In this document: piece by piece, positions 60,201 to 64,000 of the stretch
Layout: each line of letters begins with the position of its first letter
Numbering within the stretch: position 1 is the first letter of the stretch
The notes under the pieces: generated by a model
What the model saw: only the letters and a program-made list of their open reading frames with translations
The model's database searches: none
Told to the model about the DNA's origin: nothing
From: Pecten maximus
Lineage: Eukaryota
DNA length: 64,000 nucleotides
Assembly: GCF_902652985.1 (NCBI RefSeq)
Contig: NC_047020.1
Span: 31,992,001 to 32,056,000 of the forward strand
Direction of reading: 5' to 3'
Translations under genes and position numbers: made by a program

Positions 60201-62493
60201 CATAATACCATAAATAATTCCTGACCTTGATCTGAAGGTCATGAGGGAATTTTCATGGTTACCATCCGGTCCAGCAATACATGTCATTGCCTCATACATC
60301 GCTTCGTTCGTGGCGTAGTCCTGATTTGGCCCTTTGTCAGTGTAGCTGACCATAACCACAAATACCAGCAAAGTGACGAAGGTCAAGGCCGTGTTAAAGT
60401 ACGAGATGTAGAAGGTTGTCCCAAGTCCCCCGATCAGACAATATGATCCAAACAAGACAGCTAGAATGAGAATGACGAACTCGTCTGAGGAGTCCTTTAC
60501 CAGCACGTGCAGACTAGCCTTTCCCGCCAACACCAGTGAAGTCATGGTTACGAGATTCGCCAACAGTGCCACACAACAGAAGTAGATGTGAGCAACCTTT
60601 CCAAATCTAGAGTAGATAATCTGTCAAATTAAATAAGAAAAATCAACCTGAAAATAGGCTGACTGTTCCTGGAGCGATAAACCCACTAAACAAAAATATT
60701 AATTTCAGGAAATCTTATGATAGACCACAATATGATATAAGAGTATATCATCATTAATAACACAGACTGAAAGTTGAAATTTTTCCAATGTTTGGAAAAA
60801 AAAGAAAAAGTTAAAGTATGGCAAAAGAACTTAGGAGCGACATATTGACCACAAAGTGTGTTTTTATGAAAAGAAATTAACTAATTGCTACCTGAAGGAA
60901 TGTTTTGGCCCCGGGGGCCCGAGTCTTGAGATGTATAGACAACATGGGGAAGAGGAGGATGTCGAGGACGATTCCAATGGAGAAGAACAGTGATCCACCC
61001 AATCCAGTCTGTAACAAAATCATGTGAAGTAGCGGCACGTCCTTATAACGTATCAAAGATTCTTGTTTTCAAAATACTGCTGATAGAGCATTGCCATGGA
61101 TATTTAAGAATTAGTATTTTAAATGAAAATGCAATGAGGCTTGTGAAGAATGGTACATCAAGTTTTCGTCTTTTTGCATTCCCCGACAGCCAAATATATG
61201 GTATGTTGCGATGCGATGAATGAGCAGGTGGATTTGTCTAAACCATGGTTTTAATTAATTGTTTGAGTCGGCTTTTTTCTAGCACATGCTTTTTTTAATC
61301 GATAATGAGATAAGTAATTTAGATTCAAGAGCGAACATTTCTAAAGAGATGGACAAGTATTTATTGTTATAATGGTACATGAAAAAAAAAAAATTCACGT
61401 TTTTTAATGTAGTTGTACGACTGACAGGAATTTTGGGTCGAGGTTAGTTTTTGAAACATATTCCAAACAACAGGCACTTGTCGCATTCATATGTATGCAT
61501 TTAATTTGTTTTGCAGGGAAACAGTTTAGCGTAAAATTGGTTTGACAGCAATATGGTGACCAGATGTTGATGGTCGTGATCATCTTTGACCGTCCAGTAT
61601 TTATCCACTAAATTCGACTTTCAAAAAGCCAAAAGTTGCTTCCTATAACTACCATAGCTTGCTCCTAACAGTACACTCATATGTAAACAACTATGGCATC
61701 TGTTTTGAGAAATACCTTGATGGCAACAGTGGCACTTTGGAGGAAGTCTGCTGGCCACAACATCTGTGACGTCACAGTAACGGCGGTGAGACTGAGAGTG
61801 ACCTTGCCTCCGGCGTCGAAGGCGGTGTCAAGGTTGTGTTGGTCGTGGTACACATGCCGTCTGAGGGCAGATTGTATGAGTGCGAGGGTGACGGACAAGC
61901 CCCCAAACCCAAGCAACATCAACAGGGCCGCTTCATGCTTTTCCAGGGGAGGATGCAACCTAAATCGATGTAGATTTTCCAGCAATTAATATAAATAGTG
62001 AGCGTATATAAGTCAAAAAGAAAAAAAGAAAAAGAAGAAGCTATTTGCATCACAGCTCGTCGCGTGAATGTATCAGCACAAAAACATATGGTAATGCAAG
62101 ATTGCATGTTATATTATATCGTTGAATACATACATGTGTAATGTTACCGAATTTTGTGTCGAAATATGCTTTGAGAATAATGTACGATGTTGTAAAAATG
62201 ATTGGTTCCTTGCAATTATGTAATTTGGCAAAGTAAAATGGCCACCACACTATCTGAAAGGGTGGACATTTTTGTATATAATGGCATATCTAATTTGTCG
62301 AATTGTTTAGTGAAGTCATTGCAATTTCATTACAAATGATCAGTTTAATAATTTGACACTTATTTTAACAAGCAATGTGTAAATTGCTAGAATTATAAAT
62401 GATCGTAGTTATAATAATAACAACTTACAATGAATCTTGATCGGCCTGAAAATCTTGAAGTGACGTGGTACAGTTGTCATAGAAACCAGACAT
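57286..62493 (-). CDS. Sodium:solute symporter family, DUR3-like urea transporter (7 coding exons, 748 aa)
   Basis: Exons 62493-62429, 61959-61716, 61008-60892, 60620-59984, 59436-59271, 58738-58335 and 57899-57286 are all GT-AG and in phase (2247 nt). Motifs FDAGGKV, KTRAPGAKTFLQII..RFG, GGLGTTF, DQANWQSRIAAKP, MSTGSGEVMAVSSIIVYDIY..NP match DUR3-type SSS proteins. Confidence 0.88.
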
Positions 62494-62997
62494 GACGAAT
62501 TGCAAAGTGCAGAAAAGACAGCAAGGTGCAACGGACGTGATCTCGTTCGTACTGAAATCAACATCGAATTACATTTCCTTATACGATTCTGTTTACAAAA
62601 ACAGATGGTTACTTTACTGAAGGCAAGTTTGTCCATTATCGCTTTGAAATAAAGTTGCTCCATTACAGACTTTTTTCTTACTTCTGATCGAAGCGGTAAG
62701 AATTAGGCAAGGATATACGCATACTCGTATATTTATACGAAGAAATTGCAATACATTACATTGAAAACACAAATACAAGCTTAGCCTATGAAAGCCAGCC
62801 ACTACATAAATCAGTTATGTAATGATATTGATATCTCTAAAAGTGTATTGCAGCAAAGCACAGTATTGGGTAATGCTACTGTAAGGTCACACGATATACT
62901 CTGATGTTGAAAAGTTAATATTTCTATATGCCCTGCCCATTGTTAAGGTAAAATTTATTTATTTATTTAATTCCTAATACAGACATTAAACATTGAG

Positions 62998-63284
62998 TAC
63001 TGCAAATCACTTTTTTTTTCGCGTGGATTTTTTTCTCGTGAATACACAAGGATAATCAATCGTCAATTCAAATTCTACCGATTATTTGAAAAAAAAAAAA
63101 TATCTGGACGGTCGCCAAGCTATCGGTTAATGAGGCTTGCGGGGGCCATGGCTCTAATAGCTCATTATTCGTCAATTTAGAGTCATTTCCAGATCAATAT
63201 TCTCAAAATAATGTATTCGCGAATGTGTCTGAAGAGGTAAGTTTGCGAAATAAAGTATTCACGAAAGATGAGTTATTTACAGTA
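62998..63284. mobile_element. Mariner-type MITE remnant
   Basis: Ends TACTGCAAATCACT / AGTTATTTACAGTA with TCGCG/CGCGAA subterminal motifs. Confidence 0.55.
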
Positions 63285-63529
63285 ATGTCACATACTCTAC
63301 TAGAGTTTATCGTCATCCCTATTTCTATGCGAGTTTTGTCCCTTCCACTGTTTGTCAGTTGGGAATATCTTGATCTGTTATGACTAGAGTATACAGTATT
63401 ACAACTGTTTTAGTCTGGATGAACTAGCTAGTTGGCTATGAGTTTAACATCTTCCATGTGTCAACCTTATAACGTGAAAGCTTCATCCTATAGACTGATG
63501 CATATTTGACTTAAACGACAAAAATAACT

Positions 63530-64000
63530 TATTCCACACTCTGGTGAGCTGAAAAATTTCATCACAAACTCTGGTGTGCCAATAACTTAATCACACACTC
63601 TGGTGAGCTGTAAAACTTTATCACACACTCTGGTGAGCCGAGAACTACATATCACACATTTGGTGAGCCGAGAACTATATCACACACTCTGGTGAGCTGT
63701 AAAACTATATCACACACTCTGGTGAGCTGTAAAACTTAATCACACACTCTGGTGAGCTGAAAAACCTTATCACACACTTCGATGAGCCGAGAACTATATC
63801 ACACACTCTGGTGAGTCGAAAAACTTAATCACACACTCTGGTGGGCCAAGAACTTTATCACACATTTGGTGAGCCGATAATTATAGAGCACATTCTGGTG
63901 AGCTGTAAAAGTAAAGCACACACTGGTGAGCTGTAGAAGTATATCACATAATCTGGTGTGCCAAAGAACTATATCACACACTCTGGTGAGCAGGAGAATT
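63530..64000. repeat. ~31-bp minisatellite running off the window
   Basis: Unit ATCACACACTCTGGTGAGCTGTAAAACTAT and variants. Confidence 0.9.

Noticed and set aside
63530-64000. Second hammerhead-like array (CTGGTGAG...GAAAA)
   Set aside because: A6 is replaced and there are no consistent stems I-III.

Overview
AT-rich animal genomic DNA. The repeat families and gene content look molluscan, probably bivalve (inference). The left half holds an intact 9.6-kb Helentron/Helitron2-type ORF (OTU DUB + herpes-tegument-like DUB + HUH Rep + PIF1 helicase + APE endonuclease) on the minus strand. It has a splice acceptor just before its ATG and a candidate CpG-rich promoter about 6 kb upstream. It lies downstream of three in-phase exons encoding an eIF5B-like N-terminus and is surrounded by Helentron-associated non-autonomous elements (HINEs) and nested MITEs. 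The right half contains decayed mariner and LINE pieces, a 159-bp tRNA-containing solo LTR, a ~26-copy minisatellite whose unit folds as a minimal hammerhead ribozyme lacking catalytic G12, about ten other minisatellites, a candidate neuropeptide-like exon, a class A GPCR with a single coding exon, and a 7-exon DUR3-like sodium:solute symporter gene. Exon structures were reconstructed by eye and family assignments rest on motif recognition. No database search was run.
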